From Opitutaceae bacterium (lineage in GTDB: Bacteria; Verrucomicrobiota; Verrucomicrobiia; Opitutales; Opitutaceae), in assembly GCA_035485575.1 (NCBI GenBank), contig DATHNW010000008.1:18894-82893 (forward strand): a stretch of DNA of 64,000 nt, given 5' to 3'. This document shows, piece after piece, positions 1-10,789 of this stretch; the first letter of the stretch is position 1, and each line of letters starts with the position of its first letter. A model generated the notes under the pieces. The model saw only the letters and a program-made list of their open reading frames with translations. It did no database searches and was not told where the DNA came from. A program made the translations under genes and the position numbers.

Positions 1-30
1 GGGGCTTTTTCTGGCGAAGGTTTTCTACAA

Positions 31-765
31 ATGAAGACGGCACTGGCCGGGTTTGCGCGCGGTGTGGCCGCGGTGGTTTTTCCACCGGTGTGCGTGCAAT
101 GCCGCGGATTGGTGGAGGATAGCGGCTACCGTCATCTCTGCGTGCGCTGCGCGGAACAGCTGGCCATCGTCAAGCCGCCGGGCTGCACGACCTGTGGACA
201 TCCGTTTTACGGTGAGGTGCACGGCGAGCGACTATGCCCGCATTGCGAAGGTCTGGCCCCGGCGTTTCGGGAGGGGCGCACGGCGGTGCTGGTCAAGGGA
301 CAGGCGCGTGCAATCGTGCATGAGTTGAAATATCACCGGGCGCTGCATGTGCTCGACGACATCGAGGTGATCCTGCGCGCCGCGCCGGGACTGGCCGAAT
401 TCGTGCGCGGCGCGGTGCTCGTCCCGGTGCCGCTGCATCCGCGCAAGGAGCGCGAGCGCGGCTACAACCAGAGCGTGCTCATCGCGGAGCGGCTGGCGCG
501 GGTCGGGGGCGGGGAGACTTGCGTGCAGCTGCTGCTGCGTCGGATAGTGGACACGGTTTCGCAGACGGCCTTTGATCGCCGCACGCGCCGCCGGAACCTG
601 AAAAATGCCTTTGCCTTGGCCCGGCGTGCCGTCATAAATCCGGAGCTCCATTACATCCTTGTTGATGACGTTTTTACCACGGGTTCGACCCTCAACAGCT
701 GCGCCCTCGTGCTTCGCCGCGCGGGTTGCCTGAACCTCGACGTCGTCACCTTCGGTCACGGTTAA
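31..765 (+). CDS. comF: ComF-family phosphoribosyltransferase-domain protein
   Basis: 244-aa ORF with an ATG start. N-terminal Cys pairs (CVQC, CVRC, CTTC, CPHC) and a C-terminal PRPP loop ILVDDVFTTGSTL are typical of ComF/GntX. Confidence 0.85.
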   Translation: MKTALAGFARGVAAVVFPPVCVQCRGLVEDSGYRHLCVRCAEQLAIVKPPGCTTCGHPFYGEVHGERLCPHCEGLAPAFREGRTAVLVKGQARAIVHELKYHRALHVLDDIEVILRAAPGLAEFVRGAVLVPVPLHPRKERERGYNQSVLIAERLARVGGGETCVQLLLRRIVDTVSQTAFDRRTRRRNLKNAFALARRAVINPELHYILVDDVFTTGSTLNSCALVLRRAGCLNLDVVTFGHG

Positions 766-780
766 ACTCTCACCGCTGCC

Positions 781-1647
781 ATGTCGCTTTTCAGCAAGCC
801 GAAATATTCCACCATTGTTCCCAAAAAGAAGGACATCCCGCAGGGCCTGTGGGTCAAATGTCCGCTTTCCGGCGAGATTGTCTTCAAGAAGGAGCTCGAG
901 GACAACCTCATGGTCGTCCCGAAGAGCGGCTACCATTTCAAAATTGGGGCGCGCGAGCGTATCGCCGCGCTGATTGATCCGGATACGTTTGCCGAGGCCG
1001 ACGCGGGCGTACGCTCGGCCGACCCGCTGGGCTTCGTGGATTCGCATCCCTATCCGACCCGCCTGAAAAAATATGAGAAGGAAAGCGGCCTGCCCGAAGC
1101 GGTCGTGAGCGGCGGGGGCCGGATTCACGGCATCGAGGTCATGCTGGCGGTGATGGATTTCCGTTTCTGCGGCGGCGCGATGGGCTCGGCCACGGGCGAG
1201 AAAATCACGCGCTGCATCGAGGCCGCGCTCGCGAAGAAAACCCCCTGCATCATCATCAGCGCCTCGGGCGGAGCCCGCATGCAGGAAGGCATTTTTTCGC
1301 TCATGCAGATGGCGAAGACCAGCGCTGCGCTCGGACGTCTGGCGGAGGCGCGGCTGCCCTTCATCTCCGTGCTGACCGATCCGACGCTGGGCGGTGTGAC
1401 CGCGAGCTTTGCGACACTGGGCGACGTCATCCTTGCCGAGCCCGGCGCGCTCATCGGCTTTGCCGGCGCGCGCGTCATCAAGGAGACCACGAAGCAGACG
1501 CTGCCCGCGGGTTTCCAGAGCGCGGAATTCCTGCTCAAGCACGGCCTGATCGACCAGATCGTCTCGCGCCTCGAAATGCGCGACCGCCTGCGGGACATTC
1601 TGCTCGCCCTGCACGTCAGGAAAATTCCCGCCGAGACCAAACCCTGA
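781..1647 (+). CDS. accD: acetyl-CoA carboxylase carboxyltransferase beta subunit
   Basis: 288 aa. The N-terminus ([20 protein letters not shown]) and the carboxyltransferase core ([15 protein letters not shown]) match AccD. The conserved accD-folC synteny is present. Confidence 0.93.
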   Translation: MSLFSKPKYSTIVPKKKDIPQGLWVKCPLSGEIVFKKELEDNLMVVPKSGYHFKIGARERIAALIDPDTFAEADAGVRSADPLGFVDSHPYPTRLKKYEKESGLPEAVVSGGGRIHGIEVMLAVMDFRFCGGAMGSATGEKITRCIEAALAKKTPCIIISASGGARMQEGIFSLMQMAKTSAALGRLAEARLPFISVLTDPTLGGVTASFATLGDVILAEPGALIGFAGARVIKETTKQTLPAGFQSAEFLLKHGLIDQIVSRLEMRDRLRDILLALHVRKIPAETKP

Positions 1648-1660
1648 AGCGCCTCCGCGC

Positions 1661-2968
1661 ATGCCCACGACCGAACTGGCGGATTATGCCGCCGTGCAGG
1701 ATTATCTTTTAAGCCTGAAGGCCAGCGGGCCGAAGTTCGGGCTCGACCGCATGCGGGGGTTTGTCGAAGCGCTGGGACATCCCGAGCGCGCCGTGCCGTT
1801 GATCCATGTCGCGGGGACAAACGGCAAAGGCTCGGTCGCCGCCATGCTCGATGCGATTTTCCAAGCCGCGGGCTGGCGCACCGGCCTCTACACTTCGCCG
1901 CATCTTGTGCGGCTGGGCGAACGCGTGCAGGTGAGCCGCCAGATCCTCAGCGAGACGGAGATCACCGCCTACACGCGCGAACTGCGTCCGGTGGCCGAGC
2001 GCTTGGGGCGCTTTGATCCGACAGACCAGCCGAGTTTTTTCGAATTCATGACCGCGATGGCATTTTTGCAGTTTGCCCGGCGGCACTGTGATATTGGCTT
2101 CATCGAGGTCGGCCTGGGCGGAAGACTTGACGCGACCAACGTCGTGCAGCCCGAGGTCGCGGTCATCACCTCCATCGGCCTGGATCACTGCGAAATTCTC
2201 GGCGACACGCTTGAGCAAATCGCCGCGGAAAAAGCCGGTATCATCAAGCCCGGCCGGCCGGTCGTGCTTGGCCGCATGCCCGTGGCCGCGGAAAACGTCA
2301 TCCGGCGCATTGCCGGCGAGCGCACCGCCGGTGTGGTGTCGGTGGCGGAGATTTTTGGCGACAACCTCGATCGTTGCCCGGACACGAACCTCGAAGGCGA
2401 TTATCAACGCTGGAATGCGGCCACGGCCCTGTTGGTGGCGCGGACGCTGCCGGTCGCCTGGCGGCTGACGGAGGATGTCGTCGCGCAAGGACTGCGGCAG
2501 GTCAACTGGCCCGGCCGCTGGCAGCGCGTGCGCCTGGCCGATGGCCGGCTGCTCGTGCTGGATGCCTCGCACAATGCCGAAGGCACGCAGGCGCTTGATG
2601 CCAATTTGACCAGGCTCGCGGCCGAGACCGGCCGCCGGCCGGTCGTCATCGCCGGCGCGCTCGGCGTTACCAGGGCGGAACCGCTGATCGGGACGATCTG
2701 TCGCTACGCGCGCGAAATTCATTTCGTGGTGCCAAACCAGTCGCGCGCCTGTTCATTTGCCGAGCTCGAGACATTTGTGCCGGCGACTTTTGCCGGCCGC
2801 ACCCACCGGGCCACTGTGGCGGGGCTGTTTCCGGCGGCCGACCGCTGTGCTGTGGGTCAGGCGGATGACGTGATCGTCGTGACCGGCTCGATTTACCTGC
2901 TGGGGGAGGTGCTGGCCTGCCTCGAACCGCAGCGCGGTGCCGGCGAGGGCCGGCTGCAGGATTTTTAG
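1661..2968 (+). CDS. folC: bifunctional folylpolyglutamate synthase/dihydrofolate synthase
   Basis: 435 aa. Mur-ligase P-loop VAGTNGKGS followed by TSPHLVRLGERV. It sits directly downstream of accD. Confidence 0.9.
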   Translation: MPTTELADYAAVQDYLLSLKASGPKFGLDRMRGFVEALGHPERAVPLIHVAGTNGKGSVAAMLDAIFQAAGWRTGLYTSPHLVRLGERVQVSRQILSETEITAYTRELRPVAERLGRFDPTDQPSFFEFMTAMAFLQFARRHCDIGFIEVGLGGRLDATNVVQPEVAVITSIGLDHCEILGDTLEQIAAEKAGIIKPGRPVVLGRMPVAAENVIRRIAGERTAGVVSVAEIFGDNLDRCPDTNLEGDYQRWNAATALLVARTLPVAWRLTEDVVAQGLRQVNWPGRWQRVRLADGRLLVLDASHNAEGTQALDANLTRLAAETGRRPVVIAGALGVTRAEPLIGTICRYAREIHFVVPNQSRACSFAELETFVPATFAGRTHRATVAGLFPAADRCAVGQADDVIVVTGSIYLLGEVLACLEPQRGAGEGRLQDF

Positions 2969-2972
2969 CTGC

Positions 2973-3704
2973 TTACGGAGCCGATTCCAGAAGCTTGCCC
3001 AGGTAATTCATCGGGCGATCTGGACCGACATACTGGCCGTTCACATAGCTATCGGCGACAACTTGGCCTCTTGCATCAAGCACCACGAGGCACGGAATTC
3101 CCGGGCCGGCGTAGTTCCTGATGTCCTGCAGGTTTTTGATCTCTGCAAATCGCAGGGCCGGCCAGGGCATGGAAAGCTCGCGCATGTAGCCGAGCATTTC
3201 GCGCTCGTTGCGGTCATCGCTGACGAAAACAATTTCGAAGTTGTCGTGGCGCGGCTTCATCTGCCGATAGAAATCGACCAGTCTTGGTGTGAAGCGGTGG
3301 CAAGGCCCGCACCAACCGGCCGAGAAATAAAGAGCGATGTAATCAGGCGTGCCCGTCGGCACATAATCGGCAAAACCGGTTTCTGCCGGCATGACGAGCT
3401 TGTCCCATAACAGATTGACAATGGGCGAATAAGGCTTCTTGGCGGGTGCAACAGTTGCAACAACCGATGAGTTGTTGCGTTCGCACTCTTTGATGAAAGC
3501 CCGATCTTCTGCAGAGAGCGAGGCCAGGGCGCATTTCACCTGGCTGCCGTCCGGCTTGTGCAAAAAGACGATGTCTCCCATCGAGCCGCCAAATTCGGCT
3601 TCAAGCTTTGTTTTTCCGTCGATGGTCCACTCATGCGCCCGCGTGAGACAGGCATTCCAAAGCAACACGGTGCAAATGATAAGCTTTTGGGAGGCTTTTT
3701 TCAT
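2973..3704 (-). CDS. secreted thioredoxin-fold (nucleoredoxin/TlpA-like) protein with an N-terminal SHD1-like domain
   Basis: 243 aa with a signal-like N-terminus. Contains the thioredoxin motif FSAGWCGPCHRFTP. The N-terminal WT..GK..EAEF......V.L....G......L..LS..D..FI pattern resembles an SLA1-homology (SHD1) domain. Confidence 0.6.
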   Translation of the reverse strand: MKKASQKLIICTVLLWNACLTRAHEWTIDGKTKLEAEFGGSMGDIVFLHKPDGSQVKCALASLSAEDRAFIKECERNNSSVVATVAPAKKPYSPIVNLLWDKLVMPAETGFADYVPTGTPDYIALYFSAGWCGPCHRFTPRLVDFYRQMKPRHDNFEIVFVSDDRNEREMLGYMRELSMPWPALRFAEIKNLQDIRNYAGPGIPCLVVLDARGQVVADSYVNGQYVGPDRPMNYLGKLLESAP

Positions 3705-3730
3705 GCCTCCAGGCTAATTTAGGGAGGACT

Positions 3731-5275
3731 TTACGCCAGCTTAACCAGATCCATGGAGACAGGAATATCCTTGATGATTTGCGACGGCTGCGGGCCGACG
3801 CCGAGGTAGCGCAAATTTGGCAGTGCAGCCGCGGCTGGCCACGGTTCGCCGGCATAGGCGACCGCGAGCAGGCTTTTCATCATGGCGGCGACATAACGCT
3901 GGGCGGCGCGCGGCAGGTCGGCAAAGCGTCGCACCTGCGAGACGTCCTCAGCCCAGCCGGGAAATTTTTCATAGACCGGCCGCAGGACCTTGCGCACGGC
4001 CTCGTTGCGCGGCACGTGGGTGTGACGGCGGCCGGAGGCGTCCTCGTAGGCGGTGCAGATTTGCAGCTCGCCGCGCCATTCGCCGCCATGCGTGAGCGCA
4101 TCGAGCTTGTTGATCATCAGGTCCTGGAAGCCGCCGTAGCGAAGCGCATCGCCTTTCTCGACGGCATCGTACCAGCCGACCATGCGCTGGCGGCCGGTGC
4201 TGGTGCCGAACTCGAGCTGTTTCAACTTGGCGCAGAGCGGGTGGGCGTCGTCCATCTGCGTGAGGAAGGTGTGCGTGCCGACCTTGGTGTCGTAGGCCTT
4301 GGCCACGCCGAAGGTGTGCACGGGCTGCACGGGCAGGCCGGCGCTCTCGAAAAGCTCGGGCGTGTAGGTGTGCGAGGCCGTGACGTTGGGGGAGAAGCCG
4401 TGGCGCTTGTCGAGCCAGTAGGCCTGGCCGAACTCGCCGATGACGGTGCGGCCGGCGGCAAGCTCCGTGCGGACGATCTCACGCACTTCACCGATATTTT
4501 TCGCGAGGGCGACGCCCGCCTGCCAGTAGACCTCGGTGAGACGGTCAAGGTTGAGGGTGAAAGGCGCGGGGCCACGGAATTGCGCGAAGTCGAACTCGGC
4601 CGGGGCGAACACCCCGAGCTCAATGGCCTCGGCGTTGGCCCGCTGCTCGGCGGCGGTGAGCTTGTCGAAAAACTGATGCCAGGCGGCTTCGCTGACGCGG
4701 CAGACGTGCTGAATGGTGCGCAGGGCGCGATCGGCGCGCTGGGCCAGCTTGCGGGCGAAGTAATTCGGCCCGCCAAGAAAATCGGAGAAACAAACCTGCC
4801 ACTGGCCGACTTCGTCGAGATAGGCGGGCGTGATGCCGCGGCCGGTCGAGCCGCGCGCCTCTTCGCAGAGGATGTTGACGCGGTAGTCCTCCCATGCGAG
4901 ATCGAGCAGCCGGTGCGTGAGGTCGGACACAAGCGTGCGCTCATCGATGCGCAGGCGCGAAACGACGGCGTGGCCCTTCTTTTCGAGCGGCCGCGTTTCC
5001 CACCAGATCTTGCGCGGGTCGGCGACGACGCCGGCGCCGAGGCAGAGATAGGGCACGCCGGCTTCAACGACACCGGCGGGGAGGAGGTTGAGCTTGAGTC
5101 CGCCGGCGGTGTGGCCGGAGTTGGCTCCGCCGTTGACCTTGAGCACGACGGAGACCGGCGCACGGGTGGCGCGAAGCTCATCCACGATTTCGGGGATGAG
5201 ACGGCCTTTGCCTTCGTCACCGAGTGAGATGCCGACATCGGCGATGAGCCGGCTGGAAAAGGGGATCAGGGACAT
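3731..5275 (-). CDS. adenylosuccinate synthetase-like protein (long, divergent form)
   Basis: 514 aa. PurA-type motifs are present: GDEGKG P-loop, [23 protein letters not shown] and NKLD. It is about 80 aa longer than canonical PurA. The motif reads GGANSGHT where canonical PurA has GGHNAGHT. Confidence 0.75.
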   Translation of the reverse strand: MSLIPFSSRLIADVGISLGDEGKGRLIPEIVDELRATRAPVSVVLKVNGGANSGHTAGGLKLNLLPAGVVEAGVPYLCLGAGVVADPRKIWWETRPLEKKGHAVVSRLRIDERTLVSDLTHRLLDLAWEDYRVNILCEEARGSTGRGITPAYLDEVGQWQVCFSDFLGGPNYFARKLAQRADRALRTIQHVCRVSEAAWHQFFDKLTAAEQRANAEAIELGVFAPAEFDFAQFRGPAPFTLNLDRLTEVYWQAGVALAKNIGEVREIVRTELAAGRTVIGEFGQAYWLDKRHGFSPNVTASHTYTPELFESAGLPVQPVHTFGVAKAYDTKVGTHTFLTQMDDAHPLCAKLKQLEFGTSTGRQRMVGWYDAVEKGDALRYGGFQDLMINKLDALTHGGEWRGELQICTAYEDASGRRHTHVPRNEAVRKVLRPVYEKFPGWAEDVSQVRRFADLPRAAQRYVAAMMKSLLAVAYAGEPWPAAAALPNLRYLGVGPQPSQIIKDIPVSMDLVKLA

Positions 5276-5374
5276 GGTTCCTTGGCGGCAACCGGAGCGA
5301 AGCCCCTGTTGCCGACAAGGGAAAACGCGACCACGGGGCGGAGTGCAAACAAAAATATTGGCAGAGGCGAAGGA

Positions 5375-6007
5375 TCAGACGTTTTCATCCTTGCGCACCG
5401 GCGGCGAAAAAGCGCTGCGCAGGCGTCCGGCCAGCCACAAAAGCACGCCGAAGGCGGCGCCTCCGACATGGGCCATCGTCGCGACCCGGATGGACGGATC
5501 GCTGAACCGGATCATGCCGCCGCCGCTGCCACGGCCATTGTGCGCTTCAAATATGATCTCCAGCACGTAGATCGCCAAAACGGCCGGCCAGAACCAATCG
5601 ATCCAGTTCCACTGCCATCCCTGCAGAGCCAGAAAAACCAGCAGGCCAAAATTGATCGCGGAGAGACCGCCGTAACGAATCATGTCCCGGTCGCCCCAAT
5701 ACATGGCGAGGGCGATCGCGAGCGGCATGCCCAGCAGGCTGGCATAGCTGGCAAGGGGATGGTCGCGTTCCAAAAGTCCCCCGAGAATGACAAACAGTCC
5801 GGCATCGGCGATGAAGTGCGGCCATCCAAAATGAACCAGGTGGCCTGTCCAGACGCGCCACCACTCGCCATTGGCAATCGCCCCGCGGTCGTAAACCAGA
5901 AGCTCCTGCCAAGTGCCATGGCAGGCATAATTTATCTCAATCGCCAGTGTGGCAGCGGCGATAACCAGAAACACCCAGGGAATTTTATTGAAGGGGAGAA
6001 GGCGCAT
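5375..6007 (-). CDS. rrtA: rhombosortase (rhomboid-family intramembrane serine protease)
   Basis: 210 aa, polytopic. Contains GEWWR..TGHLVH, a catalytic-type GGLSAINFG Ser motif and an HVGGAAFG His motif. It lies next to a GlyGly-CTERM substrate gene. Confidence 0.8.
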   Translation of the reverse strand: MRLLPFNKIPWVFLVIAAATLAIEINYACHGTWQELLVYDRGAIANGEWWRVWTGHLVHFGWPHFIADAGLFVILGGLLERDHPLASYASLLGMPLAIALAMYWGDRDMIRYGGLSAINFGLLVFLALQGWQWNWIDWFWPAVLAIYVLEIIFEAHNGRGSGGGMIRFSDPSIRVATMAHVGGAAFGVLLWLAGRLRSAFSPPVRKDENV

Positions 6008-6034
6008 GATGGGCCGGGTCAGGAAAGCGGATTT

Positions 6035-7858
6035 TTATCGATCCGCTTTCCGCAGGCGAAAGGCCCGCCGGGCTGATACGACGAGCGTGAGTGCGCCATA
6101 AAACCACAGGCTGGGCGCGCCGCCGCCGCCCCCTCCGCCGGCTTGGGTCGTTCCCGCATTGATGGATCCGAGAGGGATGGCTCCGGTGAGGGCGTTGGCA
6201 AGGTTGGCGATGTTGGGCGAGCCGAGGCCGGTGCAAAGGTCGTAGCCAAAGCCGGCGCTATAGGCGCCGTTGTTGCCGGACATGACATCATTGAAAGAGG
6301 AGGTTCCATGGAGCGGATAGATCGCCGGACCCAGCACGCCGATGGGGCCCATGCCGGCATTGGCCCTCGCCTGGTTGAGCAGGGCGGCAATGCCGGCCCA
6401 GACCTGGCAGGAAAGGCTGGTGCCGCCGATCGATTCGAAAGTGCCGTTTCGAATCACCAGCGCGCCGGTGGTGGAACCCTGCCAGATGGTGGATACATCG
6501 GGAACGCAGCGCATGCTGTTGTTGGAAAGAACAGATCCTCCGTCGGTCTGCCAGGAGGGACGGGAGAAAACGGTGGAAACGCCGCCGCCCGACGCAAACA
6601 CATGTCCGGAGCTGGTGGCGTTGAACACCGACTCGCTCACATAAAATGAATTGGAGGCAAGGGTGAGCAGGGTGCCGCCCACACCGGCAACATTCGGGTC
6701 ACTGGCGGGATATTCGGGCACGAGGGGGTTGCCCGGCGCATAGTCGCCGGGAGAGTTTGGATTGGGATTGGATCCGCCATCACCCGAACTGCAGAGGGTG
6801 GTGATGTTAGCGGCGGCGATCTGGGCGAAATTCTGGCTGAAAATGATCAAGCTGCTGGCGGCCCGCGGATCTTCCGCACCCGCGAAGCTCATGCCCAAAA
6901 CAGTGATGTTGTTCGCCGCCGCATCGGCGTTGATCCTGTTCAGGGCGGCCTGGAGTGAAACGTCGCTCAGATCACTCGTGGCGTAGAGACGGATTTTGGC
7001 GCCGGGAGCCATGCCGCTGGCCCACTCAACATCCAGCGCGGCTTCATCGGCATCCGCACTCGATGTCGGCCCGCCATTCACGAGGATGGTTGTCACATTC
7101 CCCGGCACCTGGGTGCTGCCAACCGTCGAATAAAACAACTGCAGATCGGAGCTGGCCACCGTCGCATCAACAATAATGGCGATCGTCTGTCCCGCGCCGG
7201 TGAGAGCGGCCGGCGCATTGTAGGCGGTCAGGATGTCGCTTGGCGCCAGATATTGTTTTCCCGCTTGAGTGACGATATTGGGGTGGGTGGCAGAGGATGA
7301 CAATTTATGGTGCATCCGGATGTGTGGCTGAAGTCCCATGACGCCAAGGACGACTCCGGAAAATTCCACCGGCAACGACGGAGCCGTCACGGCGGACGTG
7401 AATTCTCCGTCTGCCGTGGCTATTTTGACAAAGACGGCATCCATGCAGTCCTGAATCCGGGCGATCGTGCCTTGGGCAAACACATTGGTGTGATTCGGAT
7501 CCTGCTGGGTGATGGCGAAACCCTCGCTTACCAGCCAGTCTTGGACGGCAGTGTAGTCGGAGGCGGTTGGGAGGTAGTTTGCCTCCAAATCGTCATGCGA
7601 AATCTTTTCGCCATGGCTGAGGCGGGTTTGGAGCTCCGAAAAATTCCGCATTTTTAGCGTTACACAAAAATTCAGGGGAGCGGCAAGTTCACGTGCGGTG
7701 AGTGTCCAGCGCGCGACATGGGTGCCGTGGCATTCATACGGCATCTTGATGGAGTCGGGAAAAAAATGGCGGTCACCCGAGTAGACGTGGTCGGCCTCTG
7801 CAGCAGCAGGGACGAAGGTAACCACTAGGGCGAGGATGGAACCGCGGAGAAAACCCAT
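6035..7858 (-). CDS. S53 (sedolisin/kumamolisin-like) serine peptidase with a GlyGly-CTERM sorting signal
   Basis: 607 aa with a signal peptide. Has a pro-kumamolisin-like activation domain and the catalytic Ser motif GGTSLSCQVWAG. The C-terminus GGGGGGGAPSLWFYGALTLVVSARRAFRLRK is a Gly-run, a TM helix and a basic tail. Confidence 0.8.
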   Translation of the reverse strand: MGFLRGSILALVVTFVPAAAEADHVYSGDRHFFPDSIKMPYECHGTHVARWTLTARELAAPLNFCVTLKMRNFSELQTRLSHGEKISHDDLEANYLPTASDYTAVQDWLVSEGFAITQQDPNHTNVFAQGTIARIQDCMDAVFVKIATADGEFTSAVTAPSLPVEFSGVVLGVMGLQPHIRMHHKLSSSATHPNIVTQAGKQYLAPSDILTAYNAPAALTGAGQTIAIIVDATVASSDLQLFYSTVGSTQVPGNVTTILVNGGPTSSADADEAALDVEWASGMAPGAKIRLYATSDLSDVSLQAALNRINADAAANNITVLGMSFAGAEDPRAASSLIIFSQNFAQIAAANITTLCSSGDGGSNPNPNSPGDYAPGNPLVPEYPASDPNVAGVGGTLLTLASNSFYVSESVFNATSSGHVFASGGGVSTVFSRPSWQTDGGSVLSNNSMRCVPDVSTIWQGSTTGALVIRNGTFESIGGTSLSCQVWAGIAALLNQARANAGMGPIGVLGPAIYPLHGTSSFNDVMSGNNGAYSAGFGYDLCTGLGSPNIANLANALTGAIPLGSINAGTTQAGGGGGGGAPSLWFYGALTLVVSARRAFRLRKADR

Positions 7859-8074
7859 GGCCGTTTGGGGATTATTGAGGACCGGTTTATGAGGGGAAGC
7901 CTGCGACCTGCATATCAGACCAGGAGCTTAAGTTTGAACCATTTGATGCAGAGACAGACAGCAAACATCACTCTGCCGTGCCAATAATCTTATGGTTTTC
8001 GCGAAGCTCGACGATGGCAGCCCGGATGGGCTTTAAGCCTTCAAGCCAATTTCAAGTAAATGGTTTCCAATTAC

Positions 8075-9652
8075 TTATTCTTTTCGTGTGGAGACTTCGA
8101 TTACATCATGGGGCGCAGCTTCCTTCTGGCCGGCGGCGCTGACCCGAACGTAGCGGGCCCGGGCCTGGAGTTCTCCCAGATTTTTTGCCCCGAGGTAGCC
8201 CATGCCGCTTTGCACGCCGCCGATTAGTTCGGCGAGAACGGTGTCAATGGAGCCGGAGACTTCCTTGAGCGCTTCGATGCCCTCGGCGGTGAGTTTGCGC
8301 GAGGAGTCGGCCTTGTCCTGGCCGTAGCGGGCAGCACTGCCGGCCTTCATGGCGGCGAGCGAGCCCATGCCGCGGTATTGTTTGTAGAGCTTGCCGTTGA
8401 TTTCGAGAATCTCGCCCGGAGCCTCACGACAGCCGGCGAAAAGGCCGCCGCAGATGACGGCGTCGGCGAGGGTGAGGGCCTTGACGATGTCGCCGCTCTT
8501 GGTGATGCCGCCGTCGGCGAGAAGGCGGACCCCGCGTGCGGCGGCGGCCTTGCTGGCGACGTAGAGGGCGGTGAGCTGCGGGATGCCCACGCCGGCGATC
8601 ATGCGCGTGGTGCAGATGGAGCCGGGGCCCTGGCCGACTTTGATGGCGTTGGCGCCACAGTCGGCGAGAAACTCGACGCCGGCGGCACTGGTGACATTGC
8701 CGGCGATGATGGTGAGATGGGGAAAGGCGCCGCGCACGAGGCGCACCATGTCGCCGACGCCGGCGGTATGGCCGTGCGCGGTGGAGACCGCGATGGCATC
8801 GATGTTTTCCTCCACAAGATGGCCGACGTGGGAAAGGATCTTGTCGCGGTCGAGTTCGCCGGAGGCCTTGCGCGCGGGCGAGATCGCGGCGCCGACGACG
8901 AGGCGGAATTGCGCATCGCGGGCGGGCTTGCGGCGGGACTTGGCCTCACTGGTGAGGCGCTCGACATCGGAGCTGGTGACGAGGCCGCGCAGGCGGTCGT
9001 CGTCATCGACGACGAGGATTTTGTGCAGTCCGACGTGGTCGGTGAAAAAGGCGTCCGCCACCTTGATAGGATCGCCGGACATTTTTTTCGCGGACACGGT
9101 CATGAGCTGCGCGCGGGGCGTCATGACGTCGGCGACTTTTTTCGCCCGGTAGCGTTCCTTGACGAGATTGCCCGACAGCAGGCCGGCGAGCTTGCCGCCC
9201 TTGGTCACGACGGGGAAGGTGCGGAACTCGAATTTGCGCTGTTCGATCATCGCGAGCACATCGCTGATGAACAGCTCGGGCTCGACCGTGATGGGGTCCT
9301 GGATGAGACCATGGATATGATGCTTCACCCGGGCGACCTCCTGCACCTGGTCGGCCGGGGACATGTTGTAATGGATGAGGCCGAGGCCGCCGTTCAACGC
9401 CATGGCGATGGCCATGCGTGACTCGGTGACGGTGTCCATGTCGGACGAAAGGATGGGAATCTGCAGGCGCAGGCTCTCGCTGAGCTGGGTGGAGAGGTCG
9501 GCGTCGCGCGGCAGGATCTCCGAATGGAGCGTGGCGAGGGAGACATCGTCGAAGGTGAGCGCGGTCGGGCGCGCGGCGGTAAAAAAGGCGTCGGCGGGCA
9601 GATAAAAACCAGTGTCGACGCTCGAAGCGGAAGTCGTGGCAACCTTAGTCAT
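8075..9652 (-). CDS. guaB: IMP dehydrogenase (with CBS pair)
   Basis: Motifs LTFDDV, the catalytic loop GPGSICTTR and GGI..SGDI. The ORF was trimmed from 9793 to the ATG at 9652 (MTKVATT...). Confidence 0.9.
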   Translation of the reverse strand: MTKVATTSASSVDTGFYLPADAFFTAARPTALTFDDVSLATLHSEILPRDADLSTQLSESLRLQIPILSSDMDTVTESRMAIAMALNGGLGLIHYNMSPADQVQEVARVKHHIHGLIQDPITVEPELFISDVLAMIEQRKFEFRTFPVVTKGGKLAGLLSGNLVKERYRAKKVADVMTPRAQLMTVSAKKMSGDPIKVADAFFTDHVGLHKILVVDDDDRLRGLVTSSDVERLTSEAKSRRKPARDAQFRLVVGAAISPARKASGELDRDKILSHVGHLVEENIDAIAVSTAHGHTAGVGDMVRLVRGAFPHLTIIAGNVTSAAGVEFLADCGANAIKVGQGPGSICTTRMIAGVGIPQLTALYVASKAAAARGVRLLADGGITKSGDIVKALTLADAVICGGLFAGCREAPGEILEINGKLYKQYRGMGSLAAMKAGSAARYGQDKADSSRKLTAEGIEALKEVSGSIDTVLAELIGGVQSGMGYLGAKNLGELQARARYVRVSAAGQKEAAPHDVIEVSTRKE

Positions 9653-9760
9653 GAGTTGCCATGAACGTAATAAGGCTCGGTCTGAAAAGAGCAAATAATT
9701 TCTCGGGTCACGGGAAAGTTGCATTGGGGGCCGGCCGGATTTTGTCTGGCGGACGCGCCC

Positions 9761-10789
9761 ATGACCTTTCTTTTCAGCTATCGCCGGTATCATCTGCCTC
9801 TACGCACGGCAGTCCGCACGGTGCACGGCGTGCTGGACGAGCGCGAAGGTGTGCTGGTGCGGCTGGAGGATGAAGGCGGCGTGGCGGGTTATGGCGAGGC
9901 GGCGGTGCTGCCGTGGTTTGGCACGGAAACGGCGGACGAGGCCGCATCGGCGTGCGCAGCGCTGGGCGGGCGGGTCACAGATGTGGAAATGGCCGCGTTG
10001 CCGGCCAGACTGGGATGTCTGCGGTTCGCATTGCAATCAGCGGCGGAGCGAACCGGCGCGCCTGCGGCGCAAAAATATCTGCCCGTCGCGGCGCTGTTGC
10101 CGGCCGGGCGGGCGGTGCTGGAACGGATTACGCCGCTGGCCGTGGCCGGTTTCCGCACGTTCAAATGGAAGGTTGGCGTGGGCGACCTGGAGGATGAGAT
10201 CGCGCTGCTTGACGACGTGTGTGCGGCTTTGCCGGACGGCGCGAAACTGCGGCTTGACGCCAACGGGGCGTGGTCGCGCCGGCAGGCGGAACGCTGGCTG
10301 GAGTGTTGTGCGGAGCGCCCGGTGGAGTTTGTGGAACAGCCGGTGGCGGCGGACGCGCGCGGGGCGGAGGATTTGCTGTGTGGACTGGCGGACGATTATC
10401 CGACGCCGCTCGCGCTTGACGAATCCCTGGCGGGCGAGGGGGACGTGGCTCGCTGGCTTGGCAATGGGTGGGCGGGTGTATTTGTGGTGAAGCCGTCGCT
10501 GCTCGGTGATGCCGTGGGCGTGCTGGAACGGCTCACCGCGGCGAAGGCCAAAGTGGTTTTTTCGTCGGCGCTGGAAACTGCGGTGGGCGCGCGGGCGGCG
10601 CTGCGACTGGCGTTCCGCTGGCCGGGCGAAAAGGCCTCGACCGGCACGTTGCCGGCGCGTGCGCTGGGTTTCGGCGTCTGGCCGTTATTCAAGGACATGC
10701 GTTTCGATGGGCCGGCGGGGGCGCCGTTTTTGCGCGCGGAAGATGTGGAAAACATCAATGTGGAGGCGGCATGGAGCGAGCTGAGCTAG
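9761..10789 (+). CDS. menC: o-succinylbenzoate synthase (enolase superfamily)
   Basis: About 342 aa from the ATG at 9761. Enolase-superfamily pattern ([23 protein letters not shown]). It overlaps the menE start. Confidence 0.75.
   Translation: MTFLFSYRRYHLPLRTAVRTVHGVLDEREGVLVRLEDEGGVAGYGEAAVLPWFGTETADEAASACAALGGRVTDVEMAALPARLGCLRFALQSAAERTGAPAAQKYLPVAALLPAGRAVLERITPLAVAGFRTFKWKVGVGDLEDEIALLDDVCAALPDGAKLRLDANGAWSRRQAERWLECCAERPVEFVEQPVAADARGAEDLLCGLADDYPTPLALDESLAGEGDVARWLGNGWAGVFVVKPSLLGDAVGVLERLTAAKAKVVFSSALETAVGARAALRLAFRWPGEKASTGTLPARALGFGVWPLFKDMRFDGPAGAPFLRAEDVENINVEAAWSELS

Noticed and set aside
232-1668. 478-aa minus-strand ORF covering comF/accD
   Set aside because: It is antisense to two confidently identified genes. 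It has Arg/Ala/Gly-rich low-complexity composition, typical of shadow ORFs in high-GC DNA.
3779-5227. 482-aa plus-strand ORF (and the 338-aa ORF 4222..5238) overlapping the PurA-like gene
   Set aside because: They are antisense or out-of-frame shadows. No motifs are present, and the composition is biased (G/A/R/V or S/P/R/A).
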